This document shows positions 29,579 to 38,414 of a DNA stretch of 64,000 bases, piece after piece. The translations under genes and the position numbers were made by a program. Every line of letters begins with the position of its first letter. Position 1 is the first letter of the stretch. The stretch is from the NCBI GenBank assembly GCA_963654425.1, contig CAVKAR010000003.1, positions 7,372 to 71,371 of the forward strand, given 5' to 3'. This stretch comes from Lachnospiraceae bacterium. GTDB lineage: Bacteria > Bacillota_I > Bacilli_A > RFN20 > CAG-826. The notes below the pieces were generated by a model that was not told the DNA's origin, ran no database searches, and saw nothing but the letters and a program-made list of their open reading frames with translations.

Positions 29579-30602
29579 TCGTTTAATGTCTTTTATCGTG
29601 GAGCCGGGGGCAAATAACCCGAGAAGCAGCAGAATCGATATCTCTTTTTTCAAAAACGGGAAATTTCTCGTGAGTGAATCGCCAACTCATCATATGGACG
29701 ATGCTTATAAGGAGATCAGCTCGTGCATAATCGGCGATAAAGAGCAATTCGCCTCTATCGTCTCCTTTTTGAAGAAAGCGCGTGATGAATTTTCCTCGGC
29801 TCCCGAGGATTCTCTTTTCGGCGAATACGAGGGCTCAGAATATTATCTTTGCCTCGATGGGCATCTTTCTCGCGGATCTTTGGCGATCACAGATGAGAAA
29901 ATCATTCCGAAACTTTCAAAAAGCGATGAGAGGAAGGCTCGTTGGAACAACAAAGTCGTCGATTTCACAAGAAAATGGAATGACCTCATCTCCGTGATGG
30001 AGATAAAAGGGTACCCGTTAAATGAGCCCGATGAGCTTTATCTTCTTTCGCCTCGTTCTTTGTTTTTGCTTAATCGCGCGAGAAAATCGCTTGGTGAATC
30101 TTATGAATCCGCATCGCTTCCTGAAGCTATCAAAAAAAGCGCAAAATTGGCTTTTTATGGTAAAAGCCTTCCAATCGGAGACAAACGTTTCCGAATGGAA
30201 AAAGCCATGAAATCAAATCTTTTGAGCATCTTAAAAGACAGCCATAGCAAGGCCGAGTTCGATAAAGCTTTCACTGTCTTGTGCAAAGAAATCGCATCAT
30301 ATGATGCTGATTACGATTTCTGTGATATCGCCAATTGGATGAATATGGCTTATCTGCTCTTGCTCTTGCACGAAGAAGAGATCGTCGATGAGCGCAAAAT
30401 ATCCTTTCTTCACCCGCCGATAAACAAAGCCGAGCTCCTTTATTTCCATGAAAAGGCCAATCAATCTTCTTATAAGCAAGAAGTGAAGAAAAAGCGCCTT
30501 CTTTCCGATGGATATTCCCCAATATATAAATATTTGACTGAATTGCTCGACATCGATGAGCATTTCAACGAAAGATGGTTCAGCGCCGTCAACGCATCGT
30601 AA
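29565..30602 (+). CDS. Hypothetical protein (345 aa), no recognisable motif
   Basis: Start trimmed to the ATG at 29565 ([10 protein letters not shown]), overlapping the parB end by 14 nt. The reading frame is long and clean, with no TM or signal peptide. I recognise no family. Confidence 0.5.
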   Translation: MKLNDRLMSFIVEPGANNPRSSRIDISFFKNGKFLVSESPTHHMDDAYKEISSCIIGDKEQFASIVSFLKKARDEFSSAPEDSLFGEYEGSEYYLCLDGHLSRGSLAITDEKIIPKLSKSDERKARWNNKVVDFTRKWNDLISVMEIKGYPLNEPDELYLLSPRSLFLLNRARKSLGESYESASLPEAIKKSAKLAFYGKSLPIGDKRFRMEKAMKSNLLSILKDSHSKAEFDKAFTVLCKEIASYDADYDFCDIANWMNMAYLLLLLHEEEIVDERKISFLHPPINKAELLYFHEKANQSSYKQEVKKKRLLSDGYSPIYKYLTELLDIDEHFNERWFSAVNAS

Positions 30603-30605
30603 TGG

Positions 30606-30633
30606 TTGCAACTACTTCTATCCTTCATATAAT
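30606..30633 (+). promoter_or_regulatory. Sigma-A-type promoter of the ribU leader
   Basis: TTGCAA (30606-11), 16 nt spacer, TATAAT (30628-33). The predicted +1 falls at the first nucleotides of the FMN aptamer. Confidence 0.55.
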
Positions 30634-30637
30634 TAAG

Positions 30638-30798
30638 GTGCTTCAGGGTGACGAGAATTACGTCAACTGGCGGTTTATAGCCCGCGAGCTCAATAGAAGA
30701 TTGAGCATGATCTGGTGAAATTCCAGAGCCAACGGTACAGTCCGGATGATAGAAGTGAGATATCGCTTTCTATAGCCTCCCTGAAGTGGAGGCTTTTT
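30638..30798 (+). promoter_or_regulatory. FMN riboswitch (RFN element) with intrinsic terminator
   Basis: Matches RFN landmarks: CTTCAGGG...ACTGGCGGT...AGCCCGCGAGC...GGTGAAATTCCAGAGCCAACGGTACAGTCCGGATGATAGAAG. The terminator is AGCCTCC-ctgaagt-GGAGGCT-TTTT (30774-30798). Its 3' arm contains the ribU SD (GGAGG). Confidence 0.9.
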
Positions 30799-31509
30799 AT
30801 GAATGAATTTGGCAAATACGCGATGCTGATTGGACTTACGGCCCTCTTCTTTCTCTACGCTCTTTATTATCGCGAGATATCTTCAAGAGGAGAAAAAGAC
30901 AATACTCGTTTATTGGCTCGCGCTGGCATTTTCGGGGCTTTGAGCGCCGTGCTTTATATCGTTCCTATTTTTCAGATAAAATTGCCTTTTTTGCCAGCGT
31001 TTATGGAAATCCACTTCGATGAGGTGCCGGCGTTCATTGCGGGATTTGCTTATGGTCCGCTTGCAGCAGCTGCCTCGCTTCTCGTCAAAACTATTCTCAA
31101 ATTGCCATTTTCCTCAACTTTGACGGTTGGCGAATGGGCTGATCTCCTCTTCAGCCTTTCCTTCATTTTGCCTTCTTCCTTTATATATCAAAGGAAGAGG
31201 AATTTGCGCGGCGTTGCTCTCGGTTTCACCATCTCCTTCCTTTTGCAGCTACTCGTCAGTTCTTTGTTCAACGTATATGTTTTCCTTCCTTTTTATATGA
31301 ATGTGATGGGTCTTTCCTATGAGCAAATACTTTCTCTTTGCCAATTAGCGAACAAAAACGTGACGTCTTTGGGCTGGCCATACCTCCTTTGTTGCGTCTT
31401 GCCGCTGAATCTCATCAAAAACGCCTGCGTAATCGCGATCACTTTCTTCGTTTACCGCCATCTCCACACATATTTGCCACACGAAGATAAAGAAAAAAAG
31501 CCTTCCTGA
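30799..31509 (+). CDS. ribU: Riboflavin transporter RibU-type ECF S-component
   Basis: Start trimmed to the ATG at 30799, 6 nt after the SD. About 6 TM segments, and it lies directly behind an FMN riboswitch. Confidence 0.8.
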   Translation: MNEFGKYAMLIGLTALFFLYALYYREISSRGEKDNTRLLARAGIFGALSAVLYIVPIFQIKLPFLPAFMEIHFDEVPAFIAGFAYGPLAAAASLLVKTILKLPFSSTLTVGEWADLLFSLSFILPSSFIYQRKRNLRGVALGFTISFLLQLLVSSLFNVYVFLPFYMNVMGLSYEQILSLCQLANKNVTSLGWPYLLCCVLPLNLIKNACVIAITFFVYRHLHTYLPHEDKEKKPS

Positions 31510-31516
31510 GGAAGGC
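31493..31516 (-). terminator. Intrinsic terminator of the ferredoxin gene (overlaps the ribU 3' end)
   Basis: GCCTTCC-tga-GGAAGGC, followed on the minus strand by T7. Confidence 0.7.
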
Positions 31517-31532
31517 CCTTCTCAAATCGATC

Positions 31533-31715
31533 TTATTTCTCTTCAATCGCGCCGACTGGGCAATTGGCAATCGCTTCATCGACCGCGGCTTCATCATCGA
31601 CATCGCCAGCGACGGCTTTTCCATCATCTCCGAATGAGAAGACGCTTGGAACGCTTCCGACGCAAAGCCCGCATCCGATGCAAGCATCAGCGTTGACTGT
31701 TACTTTCTTAGCCAT
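31533..31715 (-). CDS. Small 4Fe-4S ferredoxin (60 aa)
   Basis: Start trimmed to the ATG at 31715 behind the SD AGGAGG. Sequence MAKKVTVNADACIGCGLCVGSVP...NCPVGAIE carries the CxxCxxC...CP cluster motif. Confidence 0.9.
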   Translation of the reverse strand: MAKKVTVNADACIGCGLCVGSVPSVFSFGDDGKAVAGDVDDEAAVDEAIANCPVGAIEEK

Positions 31716-31824
31716 GTTAGTTCCTCCTAGGCATAGGGACATTATAGGCATTTGCTATTTGCCCTTCAATGCGAAACTCCTCTCCTTCCTCTTGCGGATG
31801 GGTTGCGTTAAAATATCGGCGCCA

Positions 31825-32130
31825 ATGAAAAGCAGGATGAAAAAATGGGCCCATTATCGCAAGAAGATAATGAATATGCCTGATTCGAGATTTCCACCTC
31901 GCAAAGCGTTCGTGACTGACATCTCGAAAGAAGATGGGGAACTCATCAAACGCACGGCAGTGAGCAAAGGAGCCGTATCTCTAGCTGGCATTGGCGGGAA
32001 AGAATACCACAGCACCCCTTATGAGGAATACCAAGTGCGGCAACGTGTTTACTTGGTGCTGAAAATCGTCCTTTTGATCGCTGTGGTAGCCGCTTTGACG
32101 ATTTTTTATTTTTATTGGGTGAAGGAATAA
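31825..32130 (+). CDS. Small C-terminally membrane-anchored hypothetical protein
   Basis: The 3' part of track ORF 31564..32130; the 5' part is antisense to ferredoxin. One C-terminal TM (VYLVLKIVLLIAVVAALTIFYFYWV). Ends 6 nt before cmk. Start uncertain (ATG at 31825, 31837 or 31870) and no clear SD. Confidence 0.4.
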   Translation: MKSRMKKWAHYRKKIMNMPDSRFPPRKAFVTDISKEDGELIKRTAVSKGAVSLAGIGGKEYHSTPYEEYQVRQRVYLVLKIVLLIAVVAALTIFYFYWVKE

Positions 32131-32136
32131 AGGCAA

Positions 32137-32823
32137 ATGGAACAACAACATATCGCAATAGCAATCGATGGCCCTGCGGCCGCAGGAAAAAGCACTGTCG
32201 CCAAAAAAGTCGCCGCGGCTTTGAATTTCACATATATCGATACTGGGGCAATGTATCGAGCCGTCACCCATGCCGTCATTGCCGCTGGGCTCGATCCGAA
32301 AAATGAAGAGCAATCAGTGACGGTGCTGCCGAATCTCAACATCGATATGCTTCCAGACGGCACTATTTACTGCAACGGTGAGGACGTCACTAAAGTCATT
32401 CGTGAGCCTTTAGTCTCGAATAATGTCAGCTATATCGCCGCGATGAAACCGGTGCGCCTCGCTCTTATCGATTTGCAGCGCGAGCTCGCCAAAAGCAAAT
32501 CCGTCGTCATGGATGGCCGCGATATAGGATCTTACGTTTTGCCTGATGCGCAAGTGAAAATATTCCAAGTGGCAAGCATCGAAACCCGTGCCCTTCGCCG
32601 TTATGAAGAGAATCTCGGCAAAGGCTTGAAAATAACCTTGGAGGAAGTCGAGGAAAACCTTCGCGAAAGGGATAAAATCGATAGCGGTCGCGAATTCGAT
32701 CCGCTCATCGCGGCAAGCGACAGCATTCTTCTCGATACATCGAATCTGACGATTGAAGAAGCGGTTGAGGCAGTTTTAGCGATCGTCAAAGAAAAAACCG
32801 GATTGGAGAGAATATGTCACTAG
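32137..32823 (+). CDS. cmk: Cytidylate kinase
   Basis: N-terminus IAIDGPAAAGKSTVAK, then YIDTGAMYRA and a DGRDIGS motif. Confidence 0.9.
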   Translation: MEQQHIAIAIDGPAAAGKSTVAKKVAAALNFTYIDTGAMYRAVTHAVIAAGLDPKNEEQSVTVLPNLNIDMLPDGTIYCNGEDVTKVIREPLVSNNVSYIAAMKPVRLALIDLQRELAKSKSVVMDGRDIGSYVLPDAQVKIFQVASIETRALRRYEENLGKGLKITLEEVEENLRERDKIDSGREFDPLIAASDSILLDTSNLTIEEAVEAVLAIVKEKTGLERICH

Positions 32824-34121
32824 GAACTCTGGCGATAGTAGGGGCTCCAAGCGTAGGCAAAAGCACGATATTCAACCGTATCGTTGGAGAAAGAAAAGCC
32901 ATTGTCGAGCCTACGCGCGGCATAACGCGCGACCGTTTGTACAGCAAAGCGAGCTGGCTCACAAAAGAATTCACCGTCATCGATACGGGCGGAATTCAAA
33001 TTCAAAATGCCCCGTTTCAAGAAGAAATCCGCGCCCAAGTGGAGATAGCTCTTGAGGAAGCCGATTTGATTCTTTTCGTTGTCGATGGGAAAGTCGGTTT
33101 ATCGGGGGATGACAAATTCATCGCCAAATTGCTTTATGGCAAGAAAAAGAAAATCCTCCTAGCCGTCAACAAAATCGACAATATCCAGGAAATCGCCAAC
33201 CAATCGGAATTTTATCGACTTGGTTTCGGCGACCCTTTCGTCGTGAGCGGAGCCCATGGCATCGGAATCGGCGATTTGCTTGACGCCATCGTCAAGAATT
33301 TGCCGCTTAAAGAAGAAAAAGCTTATGGAGAGGCCATTCGCTTTTCTTTGATCGGGCGGCCGAATGTCGGGAAATCGTCTTTGGCAAACCGCCTAATCGG
33401 CGAAAAACGGACTATCGTCAGCAACATCGCTGGCACCACAAGGGATTCCATCGATACCCCTTTCTCTTCTGATGGGCAGGATTACGTTGTCATCGATACG
33501 GCCGGTTTAGTGAAAAGAGGCCGCATCTACGAGGCTGTCGATAAATACGCCGCCTTGCGCGCCATGGAAGCGATTGATCGCTCAGAAGTTGCCATATTGG
33601 TGGTCGATGGCTCAACCGGCACCATTGAGCAAGACGCTCATGTCGTCGGCTATGCCGTTGAGGATAAAAAAGCCATCGTGGTAGTGGTCAATAAGTGGGA
33701 CGTCAATAAACATTCGCAGAATGACGCAGATGAATTTTTGAAGAATTTCAGAGCAACGTTCAAATTTTTGGATTATGCACCGGTGCTTTTCGTAAGCGCC
33801 AAGACAGGTAAAGGCGTAGACAAGATACTTCCAGCCGTGCGCATGGCTCATGAAGGGTACAACCGCCGCATCCCTACCCCGGTATTGAACCGTATTATCT
33901 CCGATGCGCAAGCGATGAACCCGACGCCCAATTTCAATCATGGGCGCCTTAAGATCGTTTTCGCTAACCAAGTGCGGACTTCCCCGCCGACGTTCGTGAT
34001 GTTCTGCAACAACCCCGATTATGCCCACTTTTCGTACACTCGCTACCTTTCGAATCGCTTGCGCGAGTCATTTTCTTTCGACGGCTCGCCGATAGATATC
34101 GTTTACCGCATGAGAAAATAA
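32814..34121 (+). CDS. der: Ribosome biogenesis GTPase Der (EngA)
   Basis: Two tandem GTPase domains (GAPSVGKST / GRPNVGKSS; DTGG / DTAG; NKID / NKWD) plus a KH-like C-terminus. Confidence 0.95.
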   Translation: MSLGTLAIVGAPSVGKSTIFNRIVGERKAIVEPTRGITRDRLYSKASWLTKEFTVIDTGGIQIQNAPFQEEIRAQVEIALEEADLILFVVDGKVGLSGDDKFIAKLLYGKKKKILLAVNKIDNIQEIANQSEFYRLGFGDPFVVSGAHGIGIGDLLDAIVKNLPLKEEKAYGEAIRFSLIGRPNVGKSSLANRLIGEKRTIVSNIAGTTRDSIDTPFSSDGQDYVVIDTAGLVKRGRIYEAVDKYAALRAMEAIDRSEVAILVVDGSTGTIEQDAHVVGYAVEDKKAIVVVVNKWDVNKHSQNDADEFLKNFRATFKFLDYAPVLFVSAKTGKGVDKILPAVRMAHEGYNRRIPTPVLNRIISDAQAMNPTPNFNHGRLKIVFANQVRTSPPTFVMFCNNPDYAHFSYTRYLSNRLRESFSFDGSPIDIVYRMRK

Positions 34122-34370
34122 CGATTTTTTTCAAATTGCGCATCTACTTATTTTTTACGTATTAATTGCGACAAAAGGTTAGATTTTGTCGAATAAATAT
34201 CGTCAAATTCGGATGAAAAAGCTTCTTTTGGGGTCACGATTTTTGCGAAAGCGCTTACTTTTTAAGAACGACGAAGGCTCATTTCCTTGCCTTATCTACA
34301 ATAAAAATTTGCAAAAGTATCGATGGCGTGTTAACTTATTCGTACAATTTAGCATTATAGGAGGTCACTC

Positions 34371-34643
34371 ATGAACAAAGCTGAATTAGCGTTAGCAGTT
34401 GCCGAGAAAGCCGAAATCGCGAAGGGCGATGCCCAAGCTGCGGTCGATGCAGTTTTCGAGATTATCGAGAAAGCTTTAGTCAAAGGCGAAGAAGTCAAAG
34501 TCTCCGGCTTCGGAATTTTCTCCAAAAAAGAGAGAGCAGCCCGCGAGGGAACGAATCCTTCTACCCAAGAAAAGATCCAAATCCCAGCCAGCTCTTCCGT
34601 CAACTTCAAAGTTTCCAAGACCCTCAAAGACAAACTCAACTAA
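34371..34643 (+). CDS. hup: DNA-binding protein HU
   Basis: Sequence MNKAELALAVAEKAEIAKGDAQAAVDAVFEIIEKAL...GFGIFSKKERAAREGTNPSTQEKIQIPA; length 90 aa. Confidence 0.95.
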   Translation: MNKAELALAVAEKAEIAKGDAQAAVDAVFEIIEKALVKGEEVKVSGFGIFSKKERAAREGTNPSTQEKIQIPASSSVNFKVSKTLKDKLN

Positions 34644-34666
34644 GTTAGTCCTTAGTCAAGAAACTC

Positions 34667-34696
34667 ACCCTGATTTCGGTCAGGGTTTTCTTTTTA
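34667..34696 (+). terminator. Intrinsic terminator after hup
   Basis: ACCCTGA-tttcgg-TCAGGGT followed by TTTCTTTTT. Confidence 0.8.
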
Positions 34697-34725
34697 GCTA
34701 CTTAGCGGATTGCTATACTATTTCT

Positions 34726-35346
34726 ATGCAAAGAGACTTTCGCTTCGATATTTGCTCAGAGCTATTCCTGAAACACGGGAAGACCCTATATATGGTTGGT
34801 GGCAGCAGCCGCGATTTTCTTTTGGGACGTCAGTATGTTGACCATGATTTTGTCACAAACGCCCTTCCTTCCGAGATGAAAGAAATAATCCCTGAGGCAA
34901 ATTTCACTTTTGAGCGCTTCGGCTCCGTGCGCCTAGTCCTAGAAAAAGAAGAGGTGGACATAACCACTATGCGCCTAGAAGGCGAATACAAGGACCATAG
35001 GCACCCCTCCTTCATCCGTTTCATCGATGATCTTGAACAGGATTCCTTGCGTCGAGATTTCACGATAAACGCCATATATATAGATAAGGATTACAAAATC
35101 ATCGATTTCCATGGCGGCGTTGACGATTTGAAAAACGGGATCATACGTTTTATCGGTGATCCGATAAAACGTATTGAAGAAGATCCCTTGCGTATCTTGC
35201 GTGCCGAGCGATTCGCGAAAAAACTGTCCTTCAAAATCGAAGAGAAGAGCAAAGCGGCGATAGAAGAGAAACGAGATTTGCTTCAAACGCTGAATCCGGC
35301 GAAAATCGGGGAAGAGGAGAGAAAGAGGAACAACAATGATGAATAA
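34726..35346 (+). CDS. Class II CCA/poly(A)-polymerase-family nucleotidyltransferase, head+neck only (206 aa)
   Basis: Motifs GGSSRD, DHDF, RRDFTINA, EDPLRILRAERF. The ORF ends right after the neck, overlapping the dnaD start by 11 nt. Confidence 0.7.
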   Translation: MQRDFRFDICSELFLKHGKTLYMVGGSSRDFLLGRQYVDHDFVTNALPSEMKEIIPEANFTFERFGSVRLVLEKEEVDITTMRLEGEYKDHRHPSFIRFIDDLEQDSLRRDFTINAIYIDKDYKIIDFHGGVDDLKNGIIRFIGDPIKRIEEDPLRILRAERFAKKLSFKIEEKSKAAIEEKRDLLQTLNPAKIGEEERKRNNNDE

Positions 35347-36004
35347 GAAAAGCATTATGAGCGCCGTGAGCTTCAGATACGCCTTGCTCAATTCCTATAA
35401 AAAAATGAATATTCAGGAGAACGAGGCCATCGTTTTATTGATGATCGACCTGCTTTTGGAACAAGGAAATTCCTTTATCACCAATGACATGCTTTCCTTG
35501 AAGATGAATTATTCCTCTTCCGAAATAGACAAAATCGTGGCAGGCCTTATGAAACGCGGCTTTGTTTCTTTGGACACCAAAAACGGAAAAATCAAAACTT
35601 CCATCGATTCGCTTAAGGATAGAGTTTACGAGCAATTCAAAAAGTCAATGGACGAAGAAAGCGCCGACCTTCTTTCCGAGAGCAAAGAAATGGATTTGCA
35701 GGCCTTATTGGCTTATTTTCAGGAAAAATTCCAAAGGACGATTTCGCCTCTTGAGCGGGAGATGATCGGCGATTGGATCAATGCCGGATACAAAAAAGAG
35801 GAAATTCAGAACGCCCTTCTCGATTCTTTCCGGGAAGGGAAGAAAACGGTCAAAAACATCGATCGGGTATTGCGTTCGAAAAGAATGGCCTCGGATTTTG
35901 AAAAAGAAGGATACAGCGCTTCATCATCCTCTTGGGATAAAGACATCGAAGAAACGATGAATATCGCCAAAAAGATGTGGGGATCCGACGATGGGAAGAA
36001 ATGA
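35336..36004 (+). CDS. dnaD: Replication initiation/helicase-loading protein DnaD
   Basis: DnaD C-terminal domain signature (FQEKFQRTISPLEREMIGDWI...YKKEEIQNAL) and the conserved Bacillus dnaD-nth adjacency. Confidence 0.75.
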   Translation: MMNKKSIMSAVSFRYALLNSYKKMNIQENEAIVLLMIDLLLEQGNSFITNDMLSLKMNYSSSEIDKIVAGLMKRGFVSLDTKNGKIKTSIDSLKDRVYEQFKKSMDEESADLLSESKEMDLQALLAYFQEKFQRTISPLEREMIGDWINAGYKKEEIQNALLDSFREGKKTVKNIDRVLRSKRMASDFEKEGYSASSSSWDKDIEETMNIAKKMWGSDDGKK

Positions 36005-36635
36005 GGAACTCCTTTCGTTCTTGAAAAAAACATATCCAGAAGCAAAATGCTCATTGTCTTTTTCCACTGATTACGAATGCCTCGTCGCCATCATCTGCAG
36101 CGCCCAAAGCAGTGACGCGAGCGTCAATAAAGTAACGCCAGCTCTATTCGCTGTTTGCCCTGACCCCGCCTCTTTGATGAAAGCCAATTTAGCCGATATC
36201 GAGAGTTGCATTCACTCAATTGGTTTATATCGAAATAAAGCGAAATCTTTGCAAAAAATGGGCGAATTTGTGGTTTTTAATTATAATGGCGAAATTCCCC
36301 ATGATCTTGAAAAACTCCGCAAAATCCCTGGGGTTGGCGAAAAAACGGCCCGTGTTTTCCTTCTTGAAAGAAGCGATGCCTCTTTTATTCCAATCGACAC
36401 GCATCTCGATAATATCGCCAAAAGATTGGGATATGCGGATGCAAATGATTCTTCTTTGGCGGTCGAGCGGAAACTCGAAAGGAATTTCCCCACTTATGAA
36501 TGGCGTTTCCTTCATCATGCCCTGATTGAGTTTGGCCGAAACGTTTGCAAACGCAAAAGACCGAATTGCGAAATCTGCCCAATGAAAAAGCATTGCCTTT
36601 ATTTCAAGAAATGCTCATCGACGATCGGCAAATAA
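35991..36635 (+). CDS. nth: Endonuclease III
   Basis: HhH motif LRKIPGVGEKTARVF, catalytic DTH, and a C-terminal Fe-S Cys cluster CKRKRPNCEICPMKKHC. Confidence 0.9.
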   Translation: MGRNEELLSFLKKTYPEAKCSLSFSTDYECLVAIICSAQSSDASVNKVTPALFAVCPDPASLMKANLADIESCIHSIGLYRNKAKSLQKMGEFVVFNYNGEIPHDLEKLRKIPGVGEKTARVFLLERSDASFIPIDTHLDNIAKRLGYADANDSSLAVERKLERNFPTYEWRFLHHALIEFGRNVCKRKRPNCEICPMKKHCLYFKKCSSTIGK

Positions 36636-37198
36636 TCGATGCGTGGGTGATATGATTGCCTCACGAGATAGCCGTTCTTTTTGATGTCCTCATAGGGTAT
36701 CGACTTTCTCTCGCGTTTTTCATAGAAGTCGCAGATAAAAGACGCGTCAATGCAGTAGACCTCATCATGTTCCTCGAATCTAATCAGAAAGAAAGCAATG
36801 CCGCCGTTCTTTTTGACAGCCCTTAAATGCTTCACTTGCTGAGGCGCGATATTGATGAGAGGTATCGCGGTTTTGCTCTTGGTGTTTTTGGCTTCGAAAT
36901 CCAAATAGCGGCCTTTGTAGACGCCGTTATAGTCAGTGGTGCTCTGCTTCTCGAAATAAGCATCGACGATTTTTGCCCCTTTCGAGTAATCGACTTCCAC
37001 TATGTTTATTGGCGTCGGCCTTTTCGTGATGAGGGCCAAATCATGCTCGGCGTAATATTCATTCGAATCATTGATATCGGCTTCAAAGTCCATGCCGCGG
37101 TTGGCGGCCGTTAAGGCATTGCGCTTCTTTTTCGCGCCGATGCGAAGCTGTTTCTTGTCAACTTCCACGATTTTTTTGCCGTTTGGATAATGGATCAT
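36599..37198 (-). CDS. recU: Holliday junction resolvase RecU
   Basis: ANRGMDFEADINDSNEYY...ITKRPTPINIV...DYNGVYKGRYLDFEAK matches the RecU core. Its 3' end overlaps the nth 3' end (convergent). Confidence 0.85.
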   Translation of the reverse strand: MIHYPNGKKIVEVDKKQLRIGAKKKRNALTAANRGMDFEADINDSNEYYAEHDLALITKRPTPINIVEVDYSKGAKIVDAYFEKQSTTDYNGVYKGRYLDFEAKNTKSKTAIPLINIAPQQVKHLRAVKKNGGIAFFLIRFEEHDEVYCIDASFICDFYEKRERKSIPYEDIKKNGYLVRQSYHPRIDYLPIVDEHFLK

Positions 37199-37959
37199 CG
37201 TAGCGATTCCTCAACTGCTTCATCGAAAAAAACGGGGCTTACGCTCTCGCCGTTTTTGAGTTTGTTCATCACAAGCTGGATAGGACGGGGCAAATGGGAG
37301 AGACGGGAAAGCGTTTTTTCGTATTCTTCCCTGACGATTTCTTTTTTCGCGAGGAAAGCTTTATATAACTCTATAAGGTTATAGGCATCGTTTGAGGCAT
37401 CATGGGCTTGACCAGAGAAGGGGACGCCGAATATCTTGAGGTAATTCGTCAAGGAATAGGGGTTGCCGTGCTCATCTTTGATATAAGAGCTTATGAATGA
37501 GCTGAAATCCAGGTAATTCTTCTTGATGATGCGCGAAAAAGCGATGCCGGCATTGCCGTTTAGGTAAACGCTGTTCTGGATTATTTTTATGTCCTGATTC
37601 CCAAAAGCGACGAAAGTGCATCTATCCTCGTATTTTTTGACATATCTTTCAAACTCGCTGAAGGCTTTTGGGAAAAGCAGCCCCTCATCATGGAGTTTTT
37701 TATCGGTTATGCCGGTCAGCTCCGTCACGATTTTCCCAACTTGCTCTTGAGATTTGACATAGCATTTGAAAGGCGGATTGATGTTTTTCACGCTCATGTC
37801 GTCGTGAAGCAAAACGCTGTAGGCGCCTATTTCAATCATCTCATGGGAGAACTGCGTTCCTTCCAAATCGAAGAAGATCAGTATTCTTTTGTCTCTAATC
37901 GCTTTCCTTAAGGCTTTCACGATGGCTATTGTAACACTCCAGAAGTCTTTTTCGTTCAT
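37195..37959 (-). CDS. DEDDh 3'-5' exonuclease (KapD/DnaQ-like)
   Basis: ExoI FFDLEGT, and ExoIII GQAHDASNDAYN. No SD before the ATG at 37959, so the true start may be internal. Confidence 0.7.
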   Translation of the reverse strand: MNEKDFWSVTIAIVKALRKAIRDKRILIFFDLEGTQFSHEMIEIGAYSVLLHDDMSVKNINPPFKCYVKSQEQVGKIVTELTGITDKKLHDEGLLFPKAFSEFERYVKKYEDRCTFVAFGNQDIKIIQNSVYLNGNAGIAFSRIIKKNYLDFSSFISSYIKDEHGNPYSLTNYLKIFGVPFSGQAHDASNDAYNLIELYKAFLAKKEIVREEYEKTLSRLSHLPRPIQLVMNKLKNGESVSPVFFDEAVEESLR

Positions 37960-38005
37960 TGAAGAAGAGTTTTCGAATACCTATAATCTAGGAGGCATTT
38001 CACTT

Positions 38006-38410
38006 ATGGAAAAAAACGTGAAACTGACGGCTAAAGAAATCTTGGATAAGAAATTCGCCAAGGACGTAAAGGGATATGACCCGAATGAGGTCGACGCCTT
38101 CTTGGACTTGATTATCTCCGACTATCAGACTTACGTTTCCCTTCTCAACGAGAAAAATGCCAAAATCAGCGCTTTGGAGAAAGAAATCCGAACGCAAAGC
38201 GAACAATCGTCTTCTTCTGATGGGCGATATAGAGCGCTTTGCGAGCAGGTAAAGAATCTCGAAATCGAAAACGCTTCTCTCAAAAACAGACTCGATGGCA
38301 TCAAACCTGGCGATAAGGTCAACAGCGAGAACATGGAATGGATCAAGCGTTGCCGCAAACTAGAGGACTTCCTTTATCAGCACGGCTTCTCCGACGCCGA
38401 CTTTCGATAA
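38006..38410 (+). CDS. gpsB: DivIVA-domain cell-cycle protein GpsB
   Basis: Start trimmed to the ATG at 38006 behind the SD AGGAGG. The N-terminus LTAKEILDKKFAKDVKGYDPNEVDAFLDLIISDY is the DivIVA/GpsB signature, followed by a coiled coil. Confidence 0.8.
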   Translation: MEKNVKLTAKEILDKKFAKDVKGYDPNEVDAFLDLIISDYQTYVSLLNEKNAKISALEKEIRTQSEQSSSSDGRYRALCEQVKNLEIENASLKNRLDGIKPGDKVNSENMEWIKRCRKLEDFLYQHGFSDADFR

Positions 38411-38414
38411 TGAA

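Noticed and set aside
30613-30621. ACTTCTATC is perfectly complementary (9 nt) to the 3' P1/J region GATAGAAGT (30748-56) of the FMN riboswitch, suggesting an alternative pairing.
   Set aside because: It lies in the spacer of the TTGCAA-16-TATAAT promoter, upstream of the predicted transcription start (~30640). It is probably not part of the RNA.
34186-34374. A 62-aa ORF in the AT-rich 250-bp region upstream of hup.
   Set aside because: It is basic and low-complexity, runs through the hup SD and start, and has no SD of its own. The region looks like promoter or UTR, with an 8-bp inverted repeat CGACAAAA/TTTTGTCG after der.
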